Shown here: in pieces, positions 50,017 through 62,904 of the stretch | How the letters are laid out: every line of letters begins with the position of its first letter | Numbering within the stretch: position 1 is the first letter of the stretch | Source of the DNA: Felis catus | Lineage: Eukaryota | Direction: 5' to 3' | Assembly: GCF_018350175.1 (NCBI RefSeq) | Contig: NC_058368.1 | Location: 125,242,001-125,306,000, forward strand | Length of the DNA stretch: 64,000 nucleotides | Notes under the pieces: generated by a model | Told to the model about the DNA's origin: nothing | Seen by the model: only the letters and a program-made list of their open reading frames with translations | The model's database searches: none | Translations under genes and position numbers: made by a program

Positions 50017-50479
50017 GTAAGAGGACCTGAATCATACAGGTTCATTTTAAATTGCCTTTTCTTAATGAGAACAACATATTACATTAAGCATTTTTAAAGG
50101 AATTTCCTACTTAGGAATTTATTAGCCATCACAGCATAGGTCAGACTACACTGACAGTGTGGAGCTCTTTGTGAGACTCAGTCCCGGACTGCGAGATCAT
50201 GACCTGAGCCAAAACCAAGAGACAGAGGCTCCCCAGGCACCCCGGAATTGCCTTTGTTTTAAACAGGTCTGCAGTGCTTGGGAATTAGTGTAAATAATAT
50301 GTCTATGATTTGTCATGTTCCAGACTTTTTTAAAAAAATAGTATAGGGATAAAAAATAGAAAACATCAGTAGCTTCCCAGATGGCTTCACCTTTTACCTT
50401 TTCCTTACATAAGAATATTTAATACTCTAACATATCCTGGTCTTTTTTTTTTTTTTGTCTCCATAGTTTCCTTTTTGAA

Positions 50480-51573
50480 AGAGTATTAGGAAATGTTTGA
50501 TAGAATTGGAATTGCTTGATCATATGGTCATCTGTGTTTAACTTGAGGAACTACCATACTATTTTTCCACTGTAGCTATACCATTTTACATTCCCACCAT
50601 TGGTGCTCAAGAATTTGTTTGTTTGTTTATGGTTAGTAGCTATCCTAATGGTTGTTAAGTGGGTATCTCTTTGTGGTTTTGATTTGCACTTCTGTATTGG
50701 TTAGTTGATGTTGACTCTTCATGTACTTACTGGTCATTTGTGTATCCTCTTGGGAGAAATGTTTATTCAAGTACTTTGCCCATTTTTAAATCAGGTTGTT
50801 GCTGAGTTGTGGCATTTCTGTATATGTTGTGGATTTTCAGTCTTCTATGATTTACAAATAATTTTCTCATACTCTATAGTTTGCCTTTTTTACTCTTTGG
50901 ATTGTATTCTTTGGTGCAAAGAAGCTTTAAATTTGATGTAGTCCAGTTTATCTCTTGTTTTACATTAGTTTCCTGTACTGTTATTGTCATATTCCAGAAA
51001 TTATTGCCAAACTTAATGTCATGAGTGTTTTCTTCCTATTGTTTTGTAGTTTTGGTTCTTACATTTAGATCTTGGATCCATTTAGTTAGTTTTTTGTTTG
51101 TGTTGCAAGGACTACCTTAATTCTTTTGCATGTGGATATCTCAAAACTTTGTCAAAAATCATTTGAGTATGCATTGTCTCTTGAACAACACAGGTTTCAA
51201 CTGCCTGTGTCCCATTTTATATGCACATTCTTCACAGTAATATACATGTATTTTCTGCTATGATTATCTTAATGTTTTCTTTAGCTTTATTATAAGAGTA
51301 CTATGTCTAATATATACCATACAAAATATGTTAATTGACTTTTTGTTATCTGTAAGGCTTCCAGTCAACAATAGGCTATTAGTAATTAAGTATGGGGAGT
51401 CAAAAGTCATACATGGATTCTCAGCTGTGTTAGGAGGGGAGTTGTTGCTCCTAACCCCTCCTGCATTGTTGAAGGATCGACTGTATATGAAGGGATTTAT
51501 TTATGGGCTTTCTGTTCCATTGGTCTTTGTTTAAAAAAAAAAAATTTTTTTTTTAATGTTTATTTTTGAGAGA

Positions 51574-51606
<33 letters not shown>

Positions 51607-52375
51607 CTCAAGAGGGGAAGGGCCAGAGGAGAGGCAGACACAGAATCTGAAGCAGGCTCCAGGCTCCGAGCTGTCAGCACAGAGCCTGATGCGGGGCTTG
51701 AACCCACAAACTGTGAGATCATGATCTGAGCCGAAGTCAGACGCTTAACCAACTGAGCCACCCAGGTGCCCCATTGGCCTTTGTTTTTATGCCAGTACCA
51801 CGTTGTTTTGATGATTTCAAGTCTGTAATAAGTTTAGAAATCAGAAAGCATGAAACCTCCAACTTTGTTGTTTTTAAAGATTGTTTTGGTGATTTGGAAT
51901 CCCTTGAGATTCCATATGAATTTTGGATGAGTTTTACTGTTTCTGCAGAAAATACCTTTGGGATTTTGCTAGGGATTGCATTGAACCTGTAGATGGCTTT
52001 GGATGTAATATTCACATCTTAGTAATAGTCTTCTAACCCAGGAGTATAGGATGCCCTTACATTTATTGGTCTTTTTAAAAAATTTTCAGCAATGATTTAT
52101 ATTTGTCTTGTGGAAATTTTTTGCTTTCTTGGGTTAAGTTTATTCTTGACACTTACTCCTAAGTATTATCTTTTTAATACTATGGTAAATAGAATTGTTA
52201 ATTTCCTTTTCAGATTATTTATTGTTACAGAAACACAACTGACTTTTGTGTATGGATCAGTATACAGCTTTGCTATTTTTGTTCACAGTTTTTGTGTGGA
52301 ATCTTGAGGGTGTTCTCCATAAAAGGTCATGTCATCTGTGAACAGATAATTTTACTTATTTTCCATTTTTATATT
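50480..52375 (-). mobile_element. Old L1MA/MB ORF2-3' fragment interrupted by Tigger2a and a SINE (51544-51772)
   Basis: Supplied ORF 51737..52015 (-) reads KAIYRFNAIPSKIP, an L1 ORF2 C-terminal motif; SINE TSD ccattgg(t/c)ctttgttt. Confidence 0.88.
51172..51483 (+). mobile_element. Tigger2a-like DNA transposon nested in L1
   Basis: cattgtctcttgaacaacacaggtttcaactg ... cattgttgaaggatcgactg-ta; inverted relative to the 36.0-kb copy. Confidence 0.8.
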
Positions 52376-53399
52376 TCTTCAGAATTTAAATTTTTTATTC
52401 AGAAGTTCTTACTGAGCCATGTGTTGTTCACAACATCGTTGTGAAGTTAATGATGGGTGATAGTTGTGAAGGGTTTTTGGTCAAGTTTATTGTACTATAT
52501 ATTTTACATATAGAAGTTTGACTTTAAGTGTATGGTTGGCTGAGTTTTTACAGGTGTATATAGTTGTGTAAACCATCATCTCTTTTTGCATTCAGTTCTT
52601 TTACTTCCAGTTCCAGTCCCTGGCGGACGTTGATTTGTTTTATGTCACCATAGCTTGCTTCTAGAATGTTTTTAGTAATTGAACCAAGCATTAATTATAT
52701 AGTCTTAGATTTGGCCACTTTCATGCTTTTGAAACTCACCCATGTTTGGTGAGTTACTAGTCCATTGTATGGAGTTACCAGTTTGTGAATCTCTCTAAAC
52801 AATTTGTTCTGAACTAGGAAAAGGCCATCAAGAGAAATCTACCAGGTGCTGTAACCTCATGATAAGTACAAGGTAGTAGTTTCAAAGAATACAAATACTG
52901 TCTGACTGAGATAGTTGGCTTTAAACATTGTCATAACTGGGGCAGGTAGAGAAAATCTTACTAAAAATGTGGTAATAAAATATGACATAAGAATTTTGTG
53001 CATACTGTATGTTGGAGAGCAGTGGCATGTAAGTATAAATTTTTCTGAACCGGTGATAAGGACGTGGATACGTCTGTTAATACGATATTAACGATTACCT
53101 CTCATTTGACATGTAGATGCCTGAAAAATCATTAGGGCTTGATACTGTTAATAAAAGGATTTATATTTTATTTGATAACATAGGAGCATCTGATTTCAAG
53201 CTCCTGTTTTAAAATTTCACAAACACCAAATAATCACTATGCCCGAGATGTTATGGACTTTACATAGATGAGCTTCTTCATAGAGTGACAATTAAATGAG
53301 GGTAAGAAGTGTTCCCACATAAAGCAGAATGTGATAGTTTTCAAAATATTTAAGGTGAGGGCAAGAGAGAGAGGGAGAGCCAGCATGCGTGCATACGTG

Positions 53400-54630
53400 T
53401 CATGTAAATCCATCAGATGTTTCTTGAGTGCTTACTGCATGCCAGGCCCTGACCTAGAATGGAAAACCACAAGATTTTTGCCCACATAGAACTTGTATTC
53501 CTAGGATTAATCTAGGCATTAATTCCAGTTGTATTTTGGGAGAGTGTATCTGAGGAGTTGGATTTGAATTGGCCTTTGACAGGTAAGATGAGGGAATGAC
53601 ATTCCTTCTGCAAGGCGTGAACAAAGGCAAAAAGAGTAGAATGTATGTTGGGATTCACAGTTCTTGGAGCATGGGGCAGAAAAGTTAGTGAAAGATTATG
53701 GTAACAGTAATAGGGTAAGTGTTAAGTCCTGGTTTATTCTAGGGAATCCCAGTTTGTTATTCTGCTGTAGTTAGTAATAGCAAGTGCTCACTTTTATTCT
53801 CAAAAGTGCTCTTATTTGAATGATAAGTTACATGGCCTTCTAATTTAAGTAAAATTATATGAAATCTTATTAAAATTAAAAAAAAATTTTTTTTTTTTTA
53901 ATTTTTGAGACAGAGACAGAGCATGAGCAGGGAAGGGGCAGAGAGAGAGGGAGACACAGAATCTGAAGCAGGCTCCAGGCTCTGAGCTGTCAGCACAGAG
54001 CCTGATGCGGGGCTTCAACCACAAACTGTGAGATCATGACCTGAGCTGAAGTTGGATACTTAACTGCCTGAGCCACCTAGGTGCCCCAAATTATATGAAC
54101 TTTTAATGCCTTCTAGCTATTGTGCTAAGTGTATTTTTATAGCATTTGTATGAAGTAGGCACTGATAGTAGTCCTGTATAGATGATGAAACTAAGGTGCA
54201 CAGAGGTTGTGTAATTAATTCTCTCGGTGGTAACAGTTTATTAGTAGTAGAGTTGGAAGTTGAGCCCAAATTTGGCTGATATCGTATTCTGGGAGTTTAA
54301 TCAAGATACAAGGTTGGAAAATACATTGGGGTCCTGTTATAAAGGTGCTTGTATGCCATGCCAGAAGTATAGGTTGTGTTCTATGATTAGAAAGTTCTGA
54401 AGGTTTTTTAGGGATGTGAAACAGTCATTTGTACATGAGGAAGTACAGGTGTAGTGTGAAGTGTACCTTGGAAAACTAGAATCAGGATGATCAGTTGGGA
54501 ATATATTGTAGTAATTAGAGGAGGGATAAATGAGGGCCTAAAGTAGAGGAATGATTAGTAAGAAATGGTCTTGATGAGACTAAGATCTGAAATAGAATCA
54601 GCAGGATTTGAAATTTCAACCTATGAGCCG
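53400..54630. mobile_element. L2 and MIR remnants with an antisense SINE (53888-54087)
   Basis: ttgagtgcttactgcatgccaggc (L2); tatagatgatgaaactaaggtgcacagaggtt (MIR); SINE TSD aaattatatgaa. Confidence 0.7.
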
Positions 54631-56127
54631 ACTATTGTTTATCAACAGAAATAAAGGAGATTTTTAAAAAGAACACACTAAGATGTTTTTGGGGCCAGTG
54701 CAGACATTTAGAGAAAATACATGTATTTTTGGTTTTTTTATCATCAATATTCTGCAGCTGATTGCAAGGTGTGGTAAGATTAGGCAGCGTTGATGATAAC
54801 TGTGTGAAAAGCAAGGATAGAACTTTGGGGGATGGGAAAGGTGTACCTTTAAAAAAGGGACAGAGTGTATTTGTAAATTTGTAATCATCACAGTGGCTAA
54901 GAATACCAGAGGATACATACATAGGCCTTGGCTTTTCTCAGTAAAGATGGTAGGAGGTTATTCGTTCAAAGTGAAGGGGAAGGTAATTTTAAGATAAGTT
55001 CAAACTGTAGAATTTAGGTGGGAAAGGAAATCTGCTATGGAAAATAGAGAATTAAATAGGGTAAAAGGAAAATTGAGGGCTAAGACTCTAGACTTGTTAT
55101 CTCTTGTTTGTCGGGTCTGTAACAAAAGTAGCTATGATGTAAGCAGCCCTTGTCATTTGGACCCTAACCTAATACAATTAAAAAAAAAAGAAGCCCTCTA
55201 GAGTGTCAAACTTAAAGACAGTTTCCAGTAATATTATGTAGCTGGATTTGGTCTTATAGAAGAAGGTTGTATTTAGGGATTTTGGTGTAAATTTCCAGAG
55301 TCTCTTTTTCCATTAAAGAAATTCAAAAGACCAGAGTTGATAGAGTATATGTTAGCACTATTAATTTTGTGTCTTTTAATTGCTTCCAATTTGGATCCCC
55401 CCCACCCCAATATGTGATCTTTGGACCCTGTTCGTATTTATTACCATACTAACCCTTTTATTTCTGATTTCTCATTTTCAGAAAGAAAAGACTAGTTTTT
55501 TCCCCCCAGTATCAGAATGTCTTCAGTTAAGCAAAGGGTTCTATTTGATTTTGTTATTTTGTGCACCTTAACTTGAATACTTAGTACTGGAATAGTTAGT
55601 ATTATTCTAATTCTGCAAAGTGTGAATAAAGCGGTTTATAGGGTGTGTTAATAGCCTAGTTTGGTCAGAATAATAAAAACAGCTAAAGCTTTAATGGCTG
55701 CTGATTATTTTCTGGTTAACATCTGAAGGTATTTATTACAGCTTTCACTTAAGGAAATGAAAATTTGAGAATGCTTATTAGTACCTTAACAAGTGATAGT
55801 GGTACTCACCCTGTCTGTATCTATAATCTATGTTCTTTCTACTATGCTAATACACACTAATTTTACTTATTTTTTGGTTTGATAGATGTTAATTGTGGTT
55901 CTCTCAAAGGTAAAGGTTTATTCCTGGGAAATATTTTTTAGTACAGTTGGACCAATTACCTGTATTTAACTAGTTTTTCAGAAATGATACCATCTGGGAT
56001 TTTCAGGGTAGAATACAATTTTATTAATATATTCATGCTTACTTTGAATTATTACAGTATTTTTAATTTAGAAGTTACCCCTGGAGGATAGATTGTTTAT
56101 TTAATTTACTTATTTTTGATCTTTTAG

Positions 56128-56286
56128 TTACAGAAGAATGGTCTGAGGAAAAATGGTATTTTGAAAAATGGCCTGATCTGTGACTTCAAGTTTGGACCCT
56201 GGAAAAACAGCACTTTCAAACCCACTATTGAGAATGATGACACAGAGACAAGTAGCAGTGACACATCAGATGATGACGATGTGTGA
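56128..56286 (+). CDS. GPBP1: GPBP1 last exon, coding part (LQKNGLRKNG...SSSDTSDDDDV*)
   Basis: cttttag|TTA ... GTG TGA (stop 56284-56286); 159 nt. Confidence 0.96.
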   Translation, partial: LQKNGLRKNGILKNGLICDFKFGPWKNSTFKPTIENDDTETSSSDTSDDDDV

Positions 56287-56589
56287 AGGATTTCCTAACA
56301 GCTTTAGAAATTTTAGTGTGATACATCTCTCATGCAGTTTGGGGTGAATTGTAAAAATGAAGAACTATAATTTATGTAGTAAAATACCCCATTAGAAGAT
56401 TTTTTTGAGGGACTTCACTATGAAGAAAACCAAGAATGTTGTGTTGGGCTGTGTTGAACATTATTTCTTTGTAAATGAATGTTGTAGAAATGAGGACTTT
56501 GGTTGATCCAACATTGACTATCTTCATCACTGCAGCATTTCTCTGACTAGCAATGTGACGATGTAACAAATGAGATTTTCTCATTTAAT

Positions 56590-56595
56590 AATAAA
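56590..56595 (+). terminator. Proximal poly(A) signal AATAAA
   Basis: Hexamer followed by ttgtgtaatgttttg. Confidence 0.55.
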
Positions 56596-57057
56596 AAATT
56601 GTGTAATGTTTTGCAAAGCTTCTGTCTTAAAATGTCCAGGTCTTAAGAAAAAAGGCAGCTTACACTGTTTGCTTGCAGAGTCATATCTTTTCGTACAATG
56701 GAAATCCTCAAGTCCACTTTGTGCCCCCCCCACCCCCAAAGGACAATGTAGCATGTTGGCTAAAACTGGAGCAAAGTGCACTAAAACATTAATTTCCTGA
56801 ACTCAAGTGTTGTACTAGTCACCTTTTAAAACATAAATTGCTCTTTAGCCATTTGTAGTTCAGTAAACTTTACAGGAAAGACTTGACACACTTTCTTCCA
56901 AATTTTAAGAGACGATTTTCAAGAATTTTATTTGGGTATGTTGTCAGACCAGGACTTTCAGACTTGATGGAAGAGTCTTGTGGGAAAACTTATTTTGATA
57001 AATTATTACACATGCAGAAAAACTGATCACACTGACTGGATCTGTCCACACATGGAA

Positions 57058-57063
57058 AATAAA
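57058..57063 (+). terminator. Poly(A) signal AATAAA
   Basis: Hexamer followed about 15-40 nt later by GU-rich gattgtcgttctctgtagtgttc. Confidence 0.7.
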
Positions 57064-57652
57064 CTGGATTTTCAGAAGATTGTCGTTCTCTGTAGTGTTC
57101 AAGGTATTGGTGTCTAAACACAATGTGCTTTATTTACTTATTAAAACAAAGTTATACTTTCTTTATTAAAGATAGTGATTACTTTCTTAGTTTAGAAAAA
57201 GAAAGTTAATGGAAAATAGCCTTTTTATTATCAAATGCTTAACAAGTTTATTAAATGAATGAATGTTAAACAGTCACTTTATTTTTCACTTGCATATTAA
57301 TTTTAGAATCATTTGTTTCATTGCTGACTGGAAGAGTAATTTGGCTCTGTATATTTGTATTTTGATTTTTCTGGTTTTGTTTACCTGCATTTGCTTTTAG
57401 CTTCCCTCATCCCATTTCCATCCATGTTTAAATATATGTTGATTGTAAAGAGTGTAATCTCAGAGCAAAAATGTAGGTTTTAGGTCAGGTTAAGCTAATT
57501 CTCAGAGTTTTTTCATGTTTTAAATTGTATTTTCTCAGAAGGCTGCAGTGTTTTTTGCTGTTTCTACCTCAGGATCCTGCCCAGACCCCCCCCAGCTTTC
57601 AACAGAAGCCAGATTTTTTGTTCACACTGAGAGTGGTAGTGATGGGGAAATT

Positions 57653-57677
57653 AAAAAAAAAAAAAAAAAAAAAAAAA
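57653..57677 (+). repeat. Genomic A25 run within the 3'UTR region
   Basis: Homopolymer. Confidence 0.95.
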
Positions 57678-59319
57678 GCACAGTTTTACCCCACAAAACC
57701 CAGAGGATGAGTTAGAGTGGTAACAAAGTGTTAGATCTAGCTTAAAGTTCTCTTTTAAATTACTATATAATATGCCACAATGCAATCTAGTCATCAAAAG
57801 TTAAATGTAGTGTTATGGCCACAGAAGAACTAGAAGTCTGTTTTGACAAAGCTCTGTCAGTATCACATATTGAATGTTTGGGACTCTTAGATTGCACCAT
57901 TTGGTTAACAGATTAATGAAATCTATCAGATGGAAAATGTATTTGGTAACAACATAAGCTAGAAGGGACCTGAGAAATTTGGTTTACATTAAAATCTACC
58001 TGTGTCCACGGAATAGCTTTCAGGAAAGATTTCTTAAAAATGTTCTGGCATTTTCTGCTTTATATTCAGATAAAATTTTTTTTGGCCTTAATTCTCATTT
58101 ATCAGTAGTTAAGTAATGTTTATCGTGCATTCACACATTGATAAAGAATGTGTTTAGTAGTTTACCTTTTATAAGCATGGTAAGATACGGTCGTGTGGTT
58201 ATTCTACTTATTAAATGATAGCTGCAACAAGTTTGGTTACTGAGCTGGTGGATCCATACACATGTATTTCAATAGAACCATTAAAGCTTAGCATAATTTT
58301 AACTTGCTGTCTGAATAATGGGTAGCTAGTAAACAGTTTGGACCATAATTGAAATGGAGCTCACCAGCACAGAAACTAGTTCAACTGTACATCTGATGTG
58401 GAATTGTTGAACTCTGAAATCGACCAGGGAGGTATGAAAAAAAAGTACTTTGGGCCGCTTCATACTCAGTTTCTCTGTAGCAGGTTATTTTTTTACAAAC
58501 CACTTTATTAAAGTATAACTTGACATAAACTACACATTTAAAGCATATAATTGGATAACCTTTGACTTGTGAAACCATCACTGCAATCAAGGTAGTGAAC
58601 AATATATGTCACCCCCAGATGGTTTTTGATGTTCCCTCCTTTGTAATCCTTCCCTCTTACTACTACCTCCCTGCTCTCAGCTACCCCTGTTTTTTGGTAT
58701 GAAATGTAATTAATGAACAAAAATCTTATGGTAATGGGTTTAAAATAGCATTTCAAAAATTGTATCTTATTTGCTTTATATTAAGATAAGGATTAGAATA
58801 ATTTATATTTCCATAAATATTTCTATTGAAGTTGAAATAAATGTAGAAGTGTTAACCTAAAAATAATATTGATTTGATAACATCAGATTTGTATTAACTA
58901 TTAAAATTCACTGTCTTGAAGGGCCTGATTCCTATATACAAATACTTTTAAGTTCCTTTTACTAGTGTTTATTATATACTGTTGTTAAAATATGGTTATA
59001 TGAACATATTTTAAACTTAGTAACATGTCAGAAATGACTTGTTTTTGACCCCCCCCCAAAACCTATAATTAACCTGATACCACATTCTCATTGCTCCGTA
59101 ATCTACTCACAAGTTTTATAAAAGATGTTTGATTAAGAAGTACTCTTATTAGAATCTAGGTACCTGGATTAGGAAAGACACACCCTTTAGAAGTTTTTTT
59201 TTTTTTTTTTAATGAGATTTTAATTTTATTTTGGCTTATTACATGATAAACTTAAGGCTATATTGCTTGGGCTATTTAAATAATAGGATATCACTATTTG
59301 AGAGCTGGATATTACTTTT

Positions 59320-62001
59320 TTTTTTTAAGGTTTTTTTTTTTTTTTTTTTGAGGTTTATTTTTGAGAGAGGGGGACAGAGGATCTGAACCAGGCTGTGTGT
59401 ACACAGCAGAGAGCCCTATGTGGGGCTGGAACTCACGAACTGTGAGATCATGACCTGAGCTGAAGGCAGACGCTTAACCTACTGAGTCACCCAGGTGCCT
59501 CACGGCTCTTTAATAGCTCTGTTTTTGGAGGTTATAGTGGCCACCTAGCCATAGGGGATGGGTGGAGCATATCAAACAAATCTTTATTCTATTTTGCTAT
59601 TTGATGATACTTCCTTGCTTTAGGACTGCATGCTAGAACTTAAAAAAATGATGATCCAAAAGACATACGATTGTTATAAAATATGGCACTTTGGGACACG
59701 TGGACCTGAAAAGTTTTTAGTTAAGACCTTGGAAAAGTGTAAGTCAGTACCTACTTTCAAAGGTTTTGTAATTGGGTTTTCCTTGTTAAGAGCCATAAAT
59801 TGTGCAGTTAGTCATTTGATGATGTTTAATTTAGCCTGTAGGTTCGCTCCACTTACCCTTGGTATTTGTAGAAACAATCTGGCACAATGATTGAAGTTTA
59901 TAGCATGTCGAATGCTAAGATCTTTTGGAAGGACACTTCTGTGGTATGTTCAATGCAATAGTATCCTATTGGTATGCATAAGAGCCCAAGGAGTAATGAT
60001 TCCCAAACTTGTCTGTACATTGGTGTCACTAGGAAGCTTTAAAAAAAATGGTGAATCTAACATATTGGCAGGTAGTAGGATGGTGGAAATAGTCACACTT
60101 AGGCTTGAAAACTGACTTTGCACCTTAGGATCTGTGATTTTAATCCAGATACCTAATGCTTTTAGATGTTAATATCCTGAAGAGTTACTATGAGGACAAA
60201 AATCATGTAGACCAGCTGATGTAAATCCTAGGCACACAATAGCTGTTGTGTAAATTTTAGCTTCACTGCTTAATTAATTTTCTTCACTCCTTAACACCAT
60301 GTTATTCAACATGAAGTCCAAGGAACATATAGTGTATCGTTTTAAAAGTACATGTTAGATTACACAGGCAGATCCTATTCTAATTGGTTGTATATGACAA
60401 GAAACATCTGGTTGAGTTCTCTGTGAACTAAAAGTTAGCTATTTGAGTCTTTGCTTCATTTTTTGGCATTATCTTCAGCTATAAATTAAGCTTGATCTGA
60501 TTTAATATTTGAAGTCAGGTTCACCAGTTTCCTGAAATGTAATCGTTGTACTTTTAATGGTAAATCATGTCCTTGTGAACTAATTACAAAGATGGAGTTC
60601 AGTGTTTTCAAATCTTTAAGAATTGCATTCTACACATCATGCTTTTTGTGGAAATAACAGTTGTAAGCTGGAGTTTGACCAGCTACCTCCACTACATTTC
60701 TCTTTTTCCTTTTTCTGGGATGCTAAAATGAACAGATAATGGGCTGGTGAGTTGGGATGAAAGAGAACCTTTCTTTTGGCTTACCTTCTTTTGTTTTTAA
60801 GAGTGTTTTCGCGTAGGGGAGGAGCAAAGAGGGGGGGACAGAGGGTCTGAAGAAGGCTCTGAGAGCAGAGCACCCAATGCAGGGCTCAAACTCACGAACC
60901 ATGAGATTGTGACCTGAGCCAAAGTTGGATGCTTAACTGACTGAGGCCCCCAGATGCCCCTTGGCTTACCGTTCTTAAATGGACATTATATTAATAGAAC
61001 AAGCTCAGTGAGAGTAGGTGACGTTGTTGATTTGAAAATAGATTATAGGTGCCAGCCTTAGCATAAGAGGTTTATGATTCTGTAATGGCATTTTTATTTA
61101 GATGTAAGCATGCTTTTTCAATAGGGAATATACTTTTGTCATCAAAGCCTTAATTATGTTTTAATGTTTAATGACTGAGAAAAGGGCAAACTGGCATGAA
61201 TTGTAGTCATATTACAAAATAGATAAAACCTATGTGTTGCAAAGTAAGAATAGAGACCATCTCTTGTGCCTAAAAAGAGACATAGAGGTTTCATGTCACC
61301 TGTTAAGATGTATGCAGTTTAATTTTGAAAGATAGTTTCTCAGTTGGGTGTTGGCAAACTTTCTGTAAAGTCTATAAAGGGTAGACAAATATTTCTGCCC
61401 ATATAATGTCTTGCAACTGCTTTGCATCTTGGCACAAACATAATACCTAAATGAATGTGTCTTTTGCAATGAAAATGGCCAGCTCGGGGCAGTAGTTTGG
61501 TGATACCTCTTCTAAATATTAAGGATCAAGTATCTATAAACTTTAAAGTGAAAGAGGTGTGTGTGGTATTGGATCATTATACCATTACCAGGATGATTTC
61601 TCAGTCTTGGGAATTGCTTAACTTAAACGTGTTTATTTATTTTAAAGTTTGTTTTGAGAGAGCGACAGAACCAATGGGGGAGGGGCAAAGAGGGAGGGAG
61701 AATACTAAGTAGGCTCCATGTGGTCAGTGCGGAGCCTGATGGCAGGGCTTGAACCCATGAGCCATGAGATCATGACCTGAGCTGAAACCAAGACTGGGAT
61801 GCTTAACCAGCTGAGCCACCCAGGTCCCCCAAATGTTCATTTTTGAGAGTGTGAGCGGAAAGGAGCAAATGGGGACAGAGGATCTGAAGTAGGCATTGCC
61901 CTAATAGCAGGGAGCCGGATGTAGTTCTCAAACTCATGAACTGTAAGATCATGACCTGAGCTGAAGTTGAATGCTCAGCTGACTGAGCAACCCAGGTGCC
62001 C
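59320..62001 (-). mobile_element. Downstream SINEs 59320-59500, 60800-60960, 61630-61830, 61835-62001; MER58-like piece near 61345-61510
   Basis: SINE cores; gggtgttggcaaactttctgtaaag...gtagtttggtgatacct. Confidence 0.82.
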
Positions 62002-62904
62002 TAGAAATTGCTTAACTTTTAAGAAATTAATTTTGTCCTTTTTAGTAAACATGGTTGTAGTATTGTGGCCACACAGGATAAAATATATTGCATACTGAAT
62101 CACATGGAAAGAAATGCAGGTTTATCAGTGCAATACAAACGAGTGTTTTAGTGAGAAAGTGGGAAAACCTTAGTAAAACACAGGGACAGTTTTAAAGGAG
62201 AAAAATCTGATTTATTTCCTGACTTCTGTTACTCTGCCAGTATTCTCTACTTAGCATTTTTATAAAGATAAAAATTTATGTCTTTTTGTCATTGGTATTG
62301 TGCCACTAATAATATAGACCATTTATTTTAAAGAAAGAGACTGTCTTCCTTCCTTTGGTGGAAATAAGGGCTTTTCTCTAAAGTGAGGGAAGTATTTGGT
62401 AAGAAGAATGTCAGCTCTGTTCTGAACATGAGGTGAGGAACAGAAGCATCTCTTTATCAGTAACAGGACATAAAATGGGACAAGAGCTCTCAAATAAGTG
62501 AGGGTACAAAGTTTGGTATCGAAAGTTGCTATTCCAAGGCCTCAGGTTCCCCTTAGAATTTTGGTGCCTGCATTGAAGTCTGGTGGATGCTGGTTAGACA
62601 AGACCCAGATAATAACTCCGGTAATTGAGGTGATGAAGTTAAGTCTCAGTGGTGCATGCTTCAGGCTAACAACTAGGCATGTAGAAGAGGGCAGTACTGA
62701 AATTCTTCCTGGAGTGGAGGTGACGGAAAGATCTCGTGTCTGATAGGGGAAAAGTAGGGTAAAAAAAAAAAAAAGTATTATCAGTGTATTGAATCTGAGC
62801 CCAGGAACTGGACGTCGGGAACACCTTCCTCAGCTAGTGATGGGGTTAAGCCACACCAGAGGTACCACACATGGGCTCTAGGTCCATAGAATAGGGAACA
62901 AGTT

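Larger units (their letters stand above)
13072..58300 (+). other. GPBP1: GPBP1 (vasculin) gene body, from the first coding exon to the approximate distal 3' end; upstream non-coding exon(s) and promoter lie left of the window
   Basis: Manual splicing of 10 GT-AG exons gives an open 473-aa frame MAQHDFAPAWLNFPTPPSSTK...SSSDTSDDDDV that I recognise as vasculin; all exon phases are compatible. The 3' end is uncertain. Confidence 0.96.
56287..58300 (+). other. GPBP1: GPBP1 3'UTR (AU-rich, no recognisable interspersed repeats for about 2 kb)
   Basis: Follows the stop codon; contains AATAAA at 56590 and 57058 and several ATTAAA up to 58280. Distal boundary is inferred. Confidence 0.65.
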
